Shown here in pieces: positions 1 to 11,382 of a stretch of DNA of 64,000 bases (positions within the stretch are counted from its first letter, which is position 1; every line of letters begins with the position of its first letter). A model generated the notes under the pieces. It did no database searches and was not told the origin of the DNA. It was given only the letters and a program-made list of their open reading frames with translations. Both the position numbers and the translations under genes were made by a program. This stretch comes from Prasinococcaceae sp. CCMP 1430 (lineage: Eukaryota > Plantae > Prasinodermophyta), in the NCBI GenBank assembly GCA_013416795.1, contig RQSC01001262.1:1-64000 (forward strand), in the 5' to 3' direction.

Positions 1-196
1 CCCCGCCGCGCGTGCCGCACGCACGCCCGCCGGGGCACCGCTCGGACCCGCATCGCCGAGGCGAGCACCCGGGCCTCAACAGCCCAACCGCAATGCCTTT
101 TGACCTGCGGACAGGCCAAAAAAAAAATCTGCGCGCAATGCGGATCGCCTCGGGCGCTCGCAGCCGAAATCACACGCGCGGGCACGAACAGGAACC

Positions 197-217
197 AAAA
201 AAAAAAAAAAAAAAAGA

Positions 218-272
<55 letters not shown>
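197..272 (+). repeat. poly(A) tract (A19-GACT-A53)
   Basis: Read directly from the sequence. Confidence 0.9.
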
Positions 273-275
<3 letters not shown>

Positions 276-1084
276 CTCACCCGGAACACGTTCCGTTTTT
301 TTTGAATCGCACCCGAAAAAGCTCGCCGACCCGGGGCATTGCTGGTGCTCTGTTCGGCTTCTGTCGCCATCGAATCGCACTCGAGAGAGCCGCAGCCGGA
401 GCGAACCCGGTTTGCTGCTGTCGTCATCATCAAAGTGCGCGTAAGAGGCAATGGGGAGCGACGCACGAGGTCAAAATGCATCTTCGTACGTGCATGGGAG
501 CGCACATCAGGATCAGTCACGTCACGTTCCCGGGAAACAACCAAAAAAAAAAAAAAACGCGAACCCGAGCTGACCCCCGAGCGCACCCGCGGGCGCGGCG
601 CGGTGCGATGCTGGGTGGGGGGGGCAGACCGCGCCGCCATAGTAGTCAAGTATGAACGCAAGCATGCACGCACAAAAAGCATAAGTAAGGCTGCGCCCCC
701 TCCGCTCCCTCGTTCCGCGGCTCCGCCCGGGCTGTCCTCCCGCCCTCCCTCCCGCGGGGCGCCGCGGCACCCCGCGCGGGGGGAGCTCGAGACAAGTGAG
801 CGGGCGGCAAGCGGGACGGGGGGAGGGATGCGTGTGCCTGTACCGGGCGCATGCCGCCCACGCCGCGCACAGGCACCGCCCCCACCCACCCACCCACCCC
901 TTCTCCGCGCGCGCACTCGCGCTGACCTGGCGCGCTCGCTCGCGCGCGCGCCCGTTCTTCTTTTTCGGACCGTGTTCTTTCTGCGTGCGCGCCTCGCATG
1001 CCCCGGCGATGCCGCGCGGCGTCCCCGTGCGCCTGCGCGCCAATGCCCCCCGGACCCGCGCCGTTCCCCGCCTCGCCGCTCGCA

Positions 1085-1982
1085 GCTCGCACGCATTATA
1101 GCGCTGCTGTGCTGCGAGCCCTCGCACGACGACGACTATGACTACGACGACGACTTCGACCCGGCGCCGCTGCATCGCGACCACCATCGCGTGGCGGCAG
1201 GCGCGGGCGGCGGCAGCCCCATGGGCACCGCGCTCGCGACCTACGAGAGCCCGTCGCTGCCGCGCGCGCCAGGTTCGCCGGCCCGTCCACCGCTAGCCCA
1301 GCACCTCGGCGCGACTGGGAGCAGCGGCGACTTCGATGGGCAGCAGCTCCCAGTCGACCAAGAGCAGCCGCAGGAGTCGACGCACCTGCTCGACTCGAAC
1401 CTGGACTCGGCACTGGGGGTGTCTTCGCGCGTGCGAGCGGTCAGCGGGCTGCGGCCTGGGACGCGGCACGCGCGCAACCTGTCCGAGAGCTCGGCCTTGG
1501 CGCGGGACGTGCGCCTGGCCAGCGCGCACAGGCGTACGGGCTCGCACGGCGCGCCGTACAGCTCGGACACCGGCGCGCTGCTGCGCGGGGCGACCGGGGA
1601 TGGCATCAGGCGCGCGGGAAGCTCGAGCGGCGCGGAGCTCGGCAGTCTGCCGCTGTCGCTCCCGCCCGCGACGCGCGAGCAGCGCGAGGAGGCGCGGCTC
1701 AAACGCTCCGCCGGCGCAGCCTCCGGTGCGGCGTCCGCGCCTGTGGGGGCATCCGTCTCGGGGCCTGGCCGGGCGTTCCTCGAGCGCTACGGAAAGGGCG
1801 ACAGCGTCGACTTCGACGCCGACTGCTGCCCGACGTGCCTGGAGGAGTACACCGCCGAGAATCCGGCGATCGAGACGGCGTGCGGGCACAGGTTCCACTT
1901 GTCGTGCATATACGAATGGAGCAACAGGAGCGATGCCTGTCCCATCTGCGCGTCCGCCATCTCATTCTCGGAGAGCGCGTGA
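1085..1982 (+). CDS. RING-H2 zinc-finger protein, probable E3 ubiquitin ligase; main/last exon, 5' structure uncertain
   Basis: C-terminal CPTCLEEY...CGHRFHLSCIYEW...CPIC is a C3H2C3 RING-H2; candidate acceptor gcag at 1081-1084. Confidence 0.8.
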
Positions 1983-2374
1983 CCGCGCGGGGGCTCCCCT
2001 CCCCGCTCGCGCCGCTCGCGCAAACCGCGCGAGAAGCCCCCTTTTCCACTGCACGCGCACCGAGCGCTGCGGTGGGGGCGGCCCCGCGGCCTGTACCATA
2101 CATCTCAACTCGCGGCGGCACAACACGGCGTGACCTCATTGCATTTCTCATTTTGTCCGGATGTTACAGTATGTAAGTTCGAAGGTGGCTCAGAGGTGGC
2201 CTCATGCACACACACCTGAAATCCGCCCCCCCCCCCGCGCCTCTCTCGCTCGCTCGCTCGCGCGCGCGCGGGCCCTCGCCCTCGCTCCCCCGCGCTCTCG
2301 CGCCCGCCGCGCGGCGCGGGCACCAGTTGCACTACAAAAATATATATGTACATCTTACTCGACTCGAAGTGGGG

Positions 2375-3466
2375 TTACGCCGACGGGGACGGCGAGTGCC
2401 CTTCCCGGGGCGCGCGCTTACCCGCGTCGTATTTGACGGGCTTGAAGGGCGTGCCTGGTAGGGTTGCCGCGGCCCCGAGCGCCTCGACAACGCCCTGGTC
2501 GCCGTTTTCGCACCACCGCGCCCACAGCGGCGAGAGGGCCACCACGTTGCCCACCACCACCAGCGTGGGGCTTTGGAGCTCGGCACTCGCCACGCGCTCG
2601 GGCAGCTCGCCGAGTGTGGAGAACACCGTGCGCTGCTGCGGCGTCGTGCCGCGCTCGACGGCCACCGCCGGGGTGTCGGCGCCGAGGCCGCTGCCGACCA
2701 TCGCGGACACGACCTCTGGCAGCGTCTGCAGGCCCATGTACACGCACGTGGTGGTGTCCGGGTCGGCGTGGCGGGCGGCGAGCTCGGCGGGCGAGTCGCC
2801 GTCGGCGCGCGTGTGGCCCGTCAGGAAGCGAACCGAGGTGGCCACCCCGCGGTGCGTCTGCGGGATGCCCAGCGCCGCGCAGATGCCCGCAGCGGCCGTC
2901 ACTCCGGGCACGCAGTTGATCTCGAGGCCGCGCGCGGCGAGGTACTCCATCTCCTCGCCGCCGCGCCCGAAGACGAACGGATCGCCGCCCTTGAGCCGCA
3001 CGATGGTCTGGCCCGACGCGGCGAAGTGCCCCAGCAGTGTGTGGATCTCCTCCTGCGTGCGCGTGTGCTGGCCGCTGGCCTTGCCGACGTACACCATGCG
3101 CGCGCCCGCGTGGACCATTTGGAGGATCTCGGGCGAGACGAGGCGGTCGTACAGCACGATGTCCGCCGTTTGCATGAGGCGCAGCGCCTTGAGCGTCAGC
3201 AGCTCAGGGTCGCCCGGTCCCGTGCCGACGAGCCACACCGACGCGTCGACTAGGCCGCCGCCCCCCCCGCGCGCGCGACCGACGTCGCCTTTCTCTTGTT
3301 TTCTCCCCCCAGCCCTTTTCAAACTCCGTTGGCGGCGGGAGCGCCCGCGAGCCCGCCGTGCCACATCCACATCCACAGACAGGGCTACGCGTGCGCCCCC
3401 CGGCCAACCAACCAACCCTCCGCACGCCCGTCCGGGTCGTTTCCCCGCACACCAGGGACCAGGCAC
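2375..3466 (-). CDS. UPM1: uroporphyrinogen-III C-methyltransferase (SUMT, CobA/CysG-A family), probably plastid-targeted; start/first exon uncertain
   Basis: VWLVGTGPGDPELLTLKA, VLYDRLV, RLKGGDPFVFGRGGEE and PGVTAA motifs of tetrapyrrole methylases. Confidence 0.9.
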   Translation of the reverse strand: MPGPWCAGKRPGRACGGLVGWPGGARVALSVDVDVARRARGRSRRQRSLKRAGGRKQEKGDVGRARGGGGGLVDASVWLVGTGPGDPELLTLKALRLMQTADIVLYDRLVSPEILQMVHAGARMVYVGKASGQHTRTQEEIHTLLGHFAASGQTIVRLKGGDPFVFGRGGEEMEYLAARGLEINCVPGVTAAAGICAALGIPQTHRGVATSVRFLTGHTRADGDSPAELAARHADPDTTTCVYMGLQTLPEVVSAMVGSGLGADTPAVAVERGTTPQQRTVFSTLGELPERVASAELQSPTLVVVGNVVALSPLWARWCENGDQGVVEALGAAATLPGTPFKPVKYDAGKRAPREGHSPSPSA

Positions 3467-3666
3467 GCGGACCCCGAACGGTCACCTCCGGCACACCATC
3501 GATCGATCCACGCCGCGCCACGACCCGACCGGCCGCGGGGTAACGGTTTGAGTTTAGGGTAAAACCTCTTTAGGGTTATTATTATGGGTGGCGGCGCCGC
3601 GCCGCGCCGCGCCGCGCGCCCGCGGCCGAGCCCCGGCTGGAGCCAGATCAAACCGAACGCATTCGC

Positions 3667-3716
3667 GTTGGTTGGTTGGTTGGTTGGTTGGTTGGTTGGT
3701 TGGTTTGGTTGGTTGG
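3667..3716 (+). repeat. (GGTT)n microsatellite
   Basis: About 12 tandem units read directly. Confidence 0.9.
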
Positions 3717-4743
3717 CGGCCTCGGCCGGGCTCGCGCGCGGCGGCGTGTGCCCGCGCTGAACACACAAACAGACAGACAATCCCGCGACGGGCAGTGCGC
3801 GCGCGGCGATCCTTTCGTCGCCGTCGCTTCCGTTTTCAATCCGCTGCCCCATGACTGAATGAGCTGAACTGACGGCCGACCGAGCGCGCGCGCGCGCGCG
3901 CGGCGCGGCGCCGCGCCGACGCGGCCGGCGCCCCATCGCGCGGAGGTGGGGCAGCGCGGCGCACCCCTACAGCGGCCGGCGGGCACGCACGCGCCGAAAT
4001 CGCCCTTCCGCGCTTTCGCGGGGCCCCCCGGCCACACAAAAAGATCTCCGGTCGCCGCAGAAGCAGCACACCGCGCGCTTTTTTCCAGTTGCATTTGATA
4101 CGACCCAACGCAATGAGGAATGACCTATCGAGGGCACTCCACATGCGCGCTAAAGGCAACCAGAAGTGACGTACCGTGGTCGAAGACCCTTGCTAACAAA
4201 AAAACAAAAAGAATTGAGAGGTCGGAATGCGTGTCGAAGGACCCTTCAAATGAGAATGTGTCGCGCCGTCGCTTTTCCGCCCCGCGGCGCGGAAGCGCGC
4301 GGAGCGTGGCGCGAATGATGGCGAATTCTAATGCGTCTCACACCAAATTAAAAATAAAAATAAAAAAATCAAAATCGCGTAGGGGGTCCGTTGATGTGAC
4401 GCCGCGCGTGCGGCGGCGACGGCGAGGCGTTTTTTTTGCGCGCGTCGCAGCGATTTCGAACGTGCTGTGATGGATGGCGTTTGATTTTCTTTTTTTTTTG
4501 GCGTGCGAACGTCGTCGCGAGCCGTGTGCCGTGGCCGTGCGTGCGACGCGTGCGTTCTGATGGCCATCACAGACAGCAGCCCTTCGCCCCCCCAAAAAAA
4601 AAACGTGAAAAGTCGGGCGGGTTTGGTATCGCGGCTGAGGGCGGGGCGCAAAGAGGGTTTGCGACGCGCCACAGCGCCGCGCGGCGCGCCGCCCCACCCC
4701 ACCCGCCCTCCCTCGCCCGTCCCCCGGCGCTCACACTCGATGG

Positions 4744-6537
4744 GTGGACACGGCGCGCTCGTCGCGGCGCTGCGCAACCCTGAGCGCTCGCGCGCGTGGC
4801 GGCGGGGGGGGGAGGCGCCGCGGCGGGGGAGGAGGCGAGGCCGACGCGGCGGGCTCCTCGCTCGAGGACCTGATGGCGCTGCGCGCGGCCAAGGCGGCGT
4901 CGCTGCGCGACGGAGGGCGCGAGCCGTACGCGTACACCTTCGACCGAAGCCACTCATGCGCCGCCGCGGCTGAAAAGGGCGCGTCCATCGCCGATGGCGA
5001 GGTTGCAGACGTCGCCGACTGCGTGGCCGTCGCCGGGCGCGTCGTGAGCAAGCGTGTGATGGGCAAGCTCTCGTTCATCGGCCTGCAGGACGAGACGGGC
5101 TCGCTGCAGCTGTACGTGGACAAGAAGCGCGTGGGCGCGGCCGAGGCGGCCGCAGCCGGCGGCGAGGACGACGTGGAGAGCGCCTTTGCACGCGTGAAGC
5201 GCACCGTCGACGTCGGCGACATCGTGGGCGCGCGTGGCTCGCTGCGCCGCACCAACAAGGGCGAGCTCAGCGTGGACTGCGACAGCCTCGAGGTGCTCAC
5301 CAAGGCCATCCGGCCGCTGCCCGACAAGTGGCACGGCCTCACCGACACGGAGACGCGGTACCGTAAGCGCTACGTGGACCTCATCGCCAACCGCGCCACC
5401 ATGGACACGCTGCGCAAGCGCGCGCAGTGCGTGTCGGCCATTCGCACCTTCCTGGAGGGGCGCGGCTTCATCGAGGTCGAGACGCCCGTGCTCGAGGCCT
5501 CGGCGGGAGGCGCCGACGCGCGCCCCTTCACCACGCACCACAACACGCTCGACGCCGATCTCACGCTTCGCATCGCCACCGAGCTGCACCTGAAGCGCAT
5601 GGTGGTGGGCGGCTTCGAGCGCGTCTTCGAGCTGGGCCGCGTGTTCCGCAACGAGGGCGTGAGCACGCGCCACAACCCCGAGTTCACTTCGATCGAGCTG
5701 TACCAGGCGTACGCCGACTACGACGACATGATGGAGATCACGGAGGAGATGGTTGCAAACTGCGCGCGCGGCGTCTGCGGCTCGACCTCCATCGAGTACC
5801 AGGGCACTGCCATTGATCTGTCGCCCCCCTTCAGGCGCGCCCCCATGCACGAGCTCGTGCATGAGGCGTGCGGTGTGGACTTTCGCGCGCCCGAGCTGCT
5901 GGGCGATCGCGACGCGTCGGCCGCCGCCGCGGCGGCGGCGCTCGAGGCGGCGGGGTGCGCCGCGCGCGACGTGCGCGCTGCGGCCAGTGCTCCAACAGCC
6001 GGCCACGCGCTCAACGAGGTGTTCGAGGCGCTCGTGGAGCCCACGCTCGTCCAGCCGACCTTCGTCACGTGCCATCCGGTGGAGATCTCCCCGCTGGCCA
6101 AGCCGCACCGCTCGCTCCCGGGTGCCACTGAGAGGTTTGAGCTCTTCGTTGTGGGGCGCGAGCTTGCCAACGCGTTTTCGGAGCTCACCGACCCTGCCGA
6201 GCAGCGCCGGCGCCTCGAGGCACAGGTGGCCTCGCACGCGCAGAAGCGCGAGGCCGCCAAGGGCGATGCGGAGCTGGCGTACGACGTCGAGGTGGACGAG
6301 GACTTCCTCGAGGCGCTCGAGTACGGCATGCCGCCGACTGGTGGCATGGGGCTTGGCGTTGACCGCCTGGTGATGCTTCTCACAGACTCGGCGAGCATCC
6401 GCGATGTTATCGCCTTCCCACTGCTCAAGAAGCCCAAGGGCAATGAGGAGGCGCAGGCGGACGGCCAAGCTGGGAGCGCGGGGGAGGCGGATGGCTCGCA
6501 GAAGGACGACGACGAGGCTGGGGCGGCTACCGCCTGA
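4744..6537 (+). CDS. lysS: lysyl-tRNA synthetase class II, bacterial/organellar type; N-terminus uncertain
   Basis: OB-fold ([16 protein letters not shown]), R..RYVDLI, motif 2 FRNEG...HNPEFT, motif 3 [17 protein letters not shown]; no intron needed. Confidence 0.95.
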   Translation: MDTARSSRRCATLSARARGGGGGRRRGGGGGEADAAGSSLEDLMALRAAKAASLRDGGREPYAYTFDRSHSCAAAAEKGASIADGEVADVADCVAVAGRVVSKRVMGKLSFIGLQDETGSLQLYVDKKRVGAAEAAAAGGEDDVESAFARVKRTVDVGDIVGARGSLRRTNKGELSVDCDSLEVLTKAIRPLPDKWHGLTDTETRYRKRYVDLIANRATMDTLRKRAQCVSAIRTFLEGRGFIEVETPVLEASAGGADARPFTTHHNTLDADLTLRIATELHLKRMVVGGFERVFELGRVFRNEGVSTRHNPEFTSIELYQAYADYDDMMEITEEMVANCARGVCGSTSIEYQGTAIDLSPPFRRAPMHELVHEACGVDFRAPELLGDRDASAAAAAAALEAAGCAARDVRAAASAPTAGHALNEVFEALVEPTLVQPTFVTCHPVEISPLAKPHRSLPGATERFELFVVGRELANAFSELTDPAEQRRRLEAQVASHAQKREAAKGDAELAYDVEVDEDFLEALEYGMPPTGGMGLGVDRLVMLLTDSASIRDVIAFPLLKKPKGNEEAQADGQAGSAGEADGSQKDDDEAGAATA

Positions 6538-6893
6538 GTGAGAGGGGCGGGCGCGCAGTCGCCGCGTATTGTGGCGCTGCGTGCATGTGCTGCGATAAAG
6601 ATATGCGGTGCCGACTTCTTGCCTCTTGCGCAGGCCGCGCAGCTCTTTAGCATCGCGCCGCGACTCAGGGCCGTCAGCCGCAGCCGAGTCCGAAACCCCG
6701 CGATGCGCCGGCGTGTAGATCGAGGTGCACTGGTGGATATGAGTGAGGGATCATATAGAATGCGCGGGAAAAATCGTAGCCGCGACGACGCTACGCACAC
6801 CAAATCATGCTGGTATAATTTATCATGTGCCCCAGTTCCTCGGGCACAGCACGTCCGATCGGCGTGCGCGGCCGAGGGATGCCCACTCTACGC

Positions 6894-8266
6894 TCATCCC
6901 GTGCGCGGCGGCGGCACTGCCTGGGCAGGCGCGCGTGCGGGCAGGGCGGGCTCAGAGTCGGCAGCGCCCTTCCTCTGCGCCAGGACCTGGCGGAGCCTAT
7001 CAGCTGCGACTGCGTCCTCCTCCACGGTGGCGGGAATGCGAGTGAAGAAAAGCGCGAGCCGGCTGCTGCCGAGGCGCTCGGCGAGCTTGCGCAGGCGCCC
7101 TTGCAGAGGCGGCGGGGCGCCGCCGACGCCCTCGAGGTGCGGGTACGTGTCGAACAGCCTAAGCGTGGTGAGCACCGAGTCTGTGACGTAGGCGACGGCA
7201 CCACTGGCGAGCGCCAAACCGCCATGTCCACAGACGCCACGAAAGTTCACGCCATGCAAAAAAGACACTGTGCTATCGTTCTCCTCGACCCTGTGCGCGG
7301 GCGCGAATTGCAGAGAGGGTCAGCGATGCATTGGGGTATGCGTAGTCTCGAGGAATGAGGCGAGGGGGCGGGGGGGCTGCCTCTGGCAGTGCGAACGCAC
7401 TTCGGCAGCATGTGTGGAAAGAGCACTATGATCACCGCGACGATAATGGAAATGAACGCCATGTGGTGCAGGCCGCCCCAGCAGCGCCGCTGGGTGGCAC
7501 AGCCGATACAGCACGCGGGTAGGCCGTCGAAGGCGTAGTTGCCTATCAGGTCGATGGAATTGCTGACGTCCTGGGACACGTGCAGGGGCCAAGTCTCCTC
7601 CTTCCCGAGCACGCCAGCGGTGAGTGGCTGTCGCAGCTCGGGCGCACTGACTGCTTGGCGAAGCTTGTGTGCCATTGGCTCAAACGAACCCAGCGGGAGG
7701 CGCGTGCTGCTGTCTTTCTCGTGCCTGGGGGATTGAGGGTGGTGTTTTGGGGGGTAAAGGTGTCAACGAGGACATCGGCTCGTCATGCAAGCGACGATCG
7801 CTGCCCGCGTACCCATGCATCTCGCTCGGTGGGGCGCGCGCGCCGGGCCAAACTCAGTGTTTTTGGGGGGCGGGCTCGTGGATCTTTTTGCGCGTACGCA
7901 CCACGCGGCTTCGCTCACGAGGCTCCCGCAATCGGGGCACCTGTGGCTTGGAGGCTTGGCGTCGCGTGCGAATGGGCAGCGCGCTTCGCCTCCATCGCTC
8001 CCTGCAAGCTGCCAGCGCGCCCAGGGCTTGCACGACAGTGATGCTTCCACGGTGTAGCCGACGAGCGAGTACACGTGCGCGCAGGCGGCGACCGCTGCGA
8101 TGAAGATCGTGACCAGTGCGACGGGATCTTTCTCAAGCACCGAAACTGGCGCGTACATCGCCGACAGCCACACCAGCGGCGCTTGCGCGAGAAACAGGAG
8201 CATGACGCGCTTGCTTCCGAAGTATTTCAGCAAGCCCGAGAGGGACATCATCACTTGAAGAAGCAT
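6894..8266 (-). CDS. multi-exon hypothetical membrane protein
   Basis: Three successive minus-strand ORFs with hydrophobic stretches and plausible GT-AG sites; exon borders not resolved. Confidence 0.45.
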
Positions 8267-8479
8267 GACGAGGCGTGCGCGTCGGCCGGTGCGCGACGCA
8301 GTGCCAGTCCCCCCGTCCTGTGCTACCGCGCGGAGATCGATACGCGCACGCGCACGTGCCGAGCCGCTGGCGCGGGGTCCCGGCGGTCAGTCGCCGCGTG
8401 CGTGTCGCGCAGTTGAGGGGGGCGGCGCGGGCAACCTTCATAGATAGGGTTAACCGGGTTTATAGAGGAAGTCTCCTGT

Positions 8480-8552
8480 GGTGGGTATAGCTCAGTGGTT
8501 AGAGCGTCTGTTTGTGGTATAGAAAGCGCGGGTTCGATTCCCGCTATCCGCC
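8480..8552 (+). tRNA. trnH: tRNA-His(GUG)
   Basis: Cloverleaf, loop ttGTGgt, G-1 present. Confidence 0.9.
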
Positions 8553-8565
8553 CTTCCTTCAAGGT

Positions 8566-8636
8566 GGTCGTGTGGTCCAGGGGTAAGACAGGAGCCTGCA
8601 AAGCTCTTAACGGCGGTTCGACTCCGCCCACGGCCT
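8566..8636 (+). tRNA. trnC: tRNA-Cys(GCA)
   Basis: Cloverleaf, loop ctGCAaa. Confidence 0.9.
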
Positions 8637-8839
8637 TTCTTTCGATCACCCAAACCCTCTTTCAGAAAATCCTGGTGGTCGAGAGAAAGGGTCTTCTAAA
8701 AAAAAAACATACTTGACCGCCTTTTCGGAAGCCCTTTTTTCTTGGAAAAGGTTTTTGTTTTTTCTTTCTGACAAGGAAACCCTTCGTCTGACCAACAAAG
8801 AAAATCCTTCATCTTTGTTTTTCCTTTGTTTTTTTGTTT

Positions 8840-9469
8840 ATGCCATCTACTCTTCCAATCGCTGGATTCGACCGACTTCTTTCAAAACTTTCTCCTAAGG
8901 CAGCCCAAGAACTTGCGGGTGGACCTGGTCTTACCCTTGCCTATGCTCTTCCAACCTCAGTGGACGGAATCCTTCTTCAGGATACCCACCTTCAGATTCA
9001 CCTTCGACCAAGTCAGTTGAAGGTTGTTCTTCGGTACCTTCGAGATGAGGAAAGTCTTCAGTACACAACGTTGACTGCGATAAACGTGGTTGATCGACCA
9101 ACTGCAGCCCTCCGGTTTGGTGTGGTCTACCAACTCCTTTCCTATACCTTGGAACACCGCCTTCAAGTGATCTGTCTTGTGAATGACCATGAGTCTCTTC
9201 CGAGTGTGGTTGATTTGTATCCGAGTGCCCAATGGTCCGAGTGTGAGAACTGGGATATGTTTGGAATCCATACCTTGGATCACCCAAACCTGTATCGCCT
9301 TCTCACAGACTATGGGTTTGAGGGCCATCCCTTGCGAAAGGATTACCCTCTCTCTGGGTTTACTGAGGTTCGATACGACGAAGACCTTCAACAAGTTGTG
9401 AGCACTCCTGTCGAACTCGCTCAGGAATATCGAGTCTTTGATTATGCTTCTCCTTGGAAAACCTTTTGA
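8840..9469 (+). CDS. nad9: NADH dehydrogenase subunit 9, copy 1
   Basis: WSECENWDMFGI and RLLTDYGFEGHPLRKDYPLSG motifs. Confidence 0.95.
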   Translation: MPSTLPIAGFDRLLSKLSPKAAQELAGGPGLTLAYALPTSVDGILLQDTHLQIHLRPSQLKVVLRYLRDEESLQYTTLTAINVVDRPTAALRFGVVYQLLSYTLEHRLQVICLVNDHESLPSVVDLYPSAQWSECENWDMFGIHTLDHPNLYRLLTDYGFEGHPLRKDYPLSGFTEVRYDEDLQQVVSTPVELAQEYRVFDYASPWKTF

Positions 9470-9622
9470 AAGAGAGAACCCTTCCTGAAAACAACCTTCT
9501 CAAAAAGAATTCTTGTATGGTTTTTTCCAAAAAAAAGACACATACTTGAAAATACGCGAAAGGATAGATATACTTGACTGTATGGGAAAGGATGAACATA
9601 CTTGAGAATAAGCGAAAGGGGT

Positions 9623-9711
9623 GGAAAAGTGGCTGAGTGGACGATAGCGCTGGTTTGCTAAATCAGTATACCGAGTCTTCGGTATCATGGGTTCGAATCC
9701 CATCTTTTCCG
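9623..9711 (+). tRNA. trnS: tRNA-Ser(GCU)
   Basis: Cloverleaf with long variable arm, loop ttGCTaa. Confidence 0.9.
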
Positions 9712-9738
9712 GCACCCTTTCTCTTTGACAGAGAAGGC

Positions 9739-9811
9739 GGGGGTATAACTCAGTTGGTAGAGTGTTTGCTTTGCACGCAAGAAGCCATCGGTTCGAATCC
9801 GGTTATCTCCA
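9739..9811 (+). tRNA. trnA: tRNA-Ala(UGC)
   Basis: Cloverleaf, loop ttTGCac. Confidence 0.9.
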
Positions 9812-9909
9812 CTTTGGTTTCTCGGAACCGAAGGGTTTGTTTCTGAGAGACTTTTTTCAACCAAGACCTTCTTTCTCAGGGTGTACACAGGTGAGCGTCT
9901 GCGAAAAAG

Positions 9910-9981
9910 GCCCTTATGGCTCAGTGGTAGAGCGCACCCATGGTAAGGGTGAGGCCCCGAGTTCGATCCTCGGTAAGGGCT
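9910..9981 (+). tRNA. trnT: tRNA-Thr(GGU)
   Basis: Cloverleaf, stem caccc/gggtg, loop atGGTaa. Confidence 0.85.
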
Positions 9982-10141
9982 CCCCCTTCTTGAAATCTTT
10001 TCTTGGGTTCAAAGGTGGATCAAAAAAGTCTTTTCTTTTAAAGACAGGGTGACTGACCTTTTCTTTGGTTTCTAAGAACCGAAAAAGACACAGACTTGAG
10101 GGTCTGCGCGAAGGATGGACATACTTGAGCGTCTGCGAAAA

Positions 10142-10214
10142 GGGTGCTTAGCTCAGTTGGTAGAGTGTGTCCCTTACAAGGATACTGTCAGCGGTTCGAG
10201 TCCGTTAGCACCTA
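10142..10214 (+). tRNA. trnV: tRNA-Val(UAC)
   Basis: Cloverleaf, loop ctTACaa. Confidence 0.9.
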
Positions 10215-10384
10215 CAAAAAACCTTCTTTCTCGGGAAAAAAGAAAAAAGACAGATTTTTGACCCTCTGGGAAAGGATGGGTATACTTGAGGGTCTGCGAG
10301 AAGGGTATCCATCCTTGAGCGTTTGCGAGAAGGGAAGAAGGTGAAAGAGTCTTCCCTTTTGTTTTTTCCTCTCTCCTTTTTTTT

Positions 10385-10775
10385 CATCTTTTTTATGGAT
10401 TTTGGTTCTGTTTTTGTTCTTCTCTTGATTGCCGCTGTTCTTGCCCTTGCTATTCTTGCTGCCTCCCTTCTTGTGGGTCAACCTCGACGAGCAGACATTG
10501 ATACCGAAGCTGCCTATGAGTGTGGGTTCGAGCCCTTTGATGATGCTCGAGGCCGGTTTGATATTAAGTTTTACTTGGTCGCCATTCTTTTCATTATCTT
10601 TGATTTGGAGGTTTCCTTCCTTTTCCCTTGGGCTCTTTCTCTCAGTCACACAGGAATCTTTGGGTTTTATGTGATGATGGTCTTTCTCGGTGTGCTGACC
10701 GTGGGATTCGTCTACGAGTGGACCAAAGGTGCCCTTGATTGGTGAAGATTCTTTTTCCTTTCTTTTTTTGCTCGG
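10385..10775. repeat. inverted repeat arm A2, 391 bp, pairs with 25175-25565
   Basis: Ends aligned by hand, same offset (sum 35950) as arm A1. Confidence 0.95.
10395..10745 (+). CDS. nad3: NADH dehydrogenase subunit 3, copy 1
   Basis: [37 protein letters not shown]. Confidence 0.95.
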   Translation: MDFGSVFVLLLIAAVLALAILAASLLVGQPRRADIDTEAAYECGFEPFDDARGRFDIKFYLVAILFIIFDLEVSFLFPWALSLSHTGIFGFYVMMVFLGVLTVGFVYEWTKGALDW

Positions 10776-10846
10776 GAGACGTACTTCAGTGGTAGAAGGC
10801 CCGCCTGTCACGCGGGAGGCCGCCGGTTCGAATCCGGTCGTTTCCG
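10775..10846 (+). tRNA. trnD: tRNA-Asp(GUC)
   Basis: Cloverleaf, loop ctGTCac. Confidence 0.9.
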
Positions 10847-10878
10847 GATGCTATAAAAAATAGAATAAAATCAAAGAA

Positions 10879-11382
10879 TCACTTCTTTTTTCCTTTTGAT
10901 TTTTTGGACCCATTTGACTTTCCACTCAGGCTCTGGGCTGCGGTTTGAAAGTAAAGACTTTCAGGAAAGGTCTGTACCCCTGCGTCTGACCCGTAGGCCC
11001 CAGAAACTGCAATCGATGCTTGAAGAGGAGCTTGTCCTGCTTGTTCGAAAATTTCCTTTTGGAAAGCCTTTTTCCAAACCGCATCAATGTCAACAATTTG
11101 AAGCTGGAAGGTGTCAAAAGCGGTTGCCAAAGCATGAACAGACTTTTGTGCATGATCCGTATGGGCTTCAAGGCTTTGTGTAAAGGTATTCATGCTGGTA
11201 AGGTCTGAACCAAGGGATTCAACTTCCAAAAGAGAAGAATCAACCTCTTGGGCAGCTCGAGTTTTCAAAAGAGTTCCAGTTGTTGGAAGAAGAGAGTGGA
11301 CAGAAAATACGTAGTAGGTTCCTACCACAAGGGTAAGCCACATAAATTGGGCAGCGTACGACACAAGATCGAGTTGAGGCAT
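10879..11382 (-). CDS. atp8: ATP synthase subunit 8
   Basis: Diagnostic MPQLD N-terminus followed by one hydrophobic helix. Confidence 0.85.
   Translation of the reverse strand: MPQLDLVSYAAQFMWLTLVVGTYYVFSVHSLLPTTGTLLKTRAAQEVDSSLLEVESLGSDLTSMNTFTQSLEAHTDHAQKSVHALATAFDTFQLQIVDIDAVWKKAFQKEIFEQAGQAPLQASIAVSGAYGSDAGVQTFPESLYFQTAAQSLSGKSNGSKKSKGKKK

Larger units (their letters stand above)
8429..9484. repeat. inverted repeat arm A1, 1056 bp, pairs with 26466-27521
   Basis: Both ends aligned by hand (partner position = 35950 minus position); nad9 translations identical. Confidence 0.95.

Noticed and set aside
7880-7990. DHHC palmitoyltransferase-like motif KPPSHRCPDCG
   Set aside because: No DHHC tetrapeptide follows, and a likely splice donor falls within the motif.
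9530-10340. Repeats alternating with unique ~70-90 nt segments, superficially CRISPR-like
   Set aside because: The unique segments are tRNA genes, the repeats are degenerate and irregularly spaced, and there are no cas genes.
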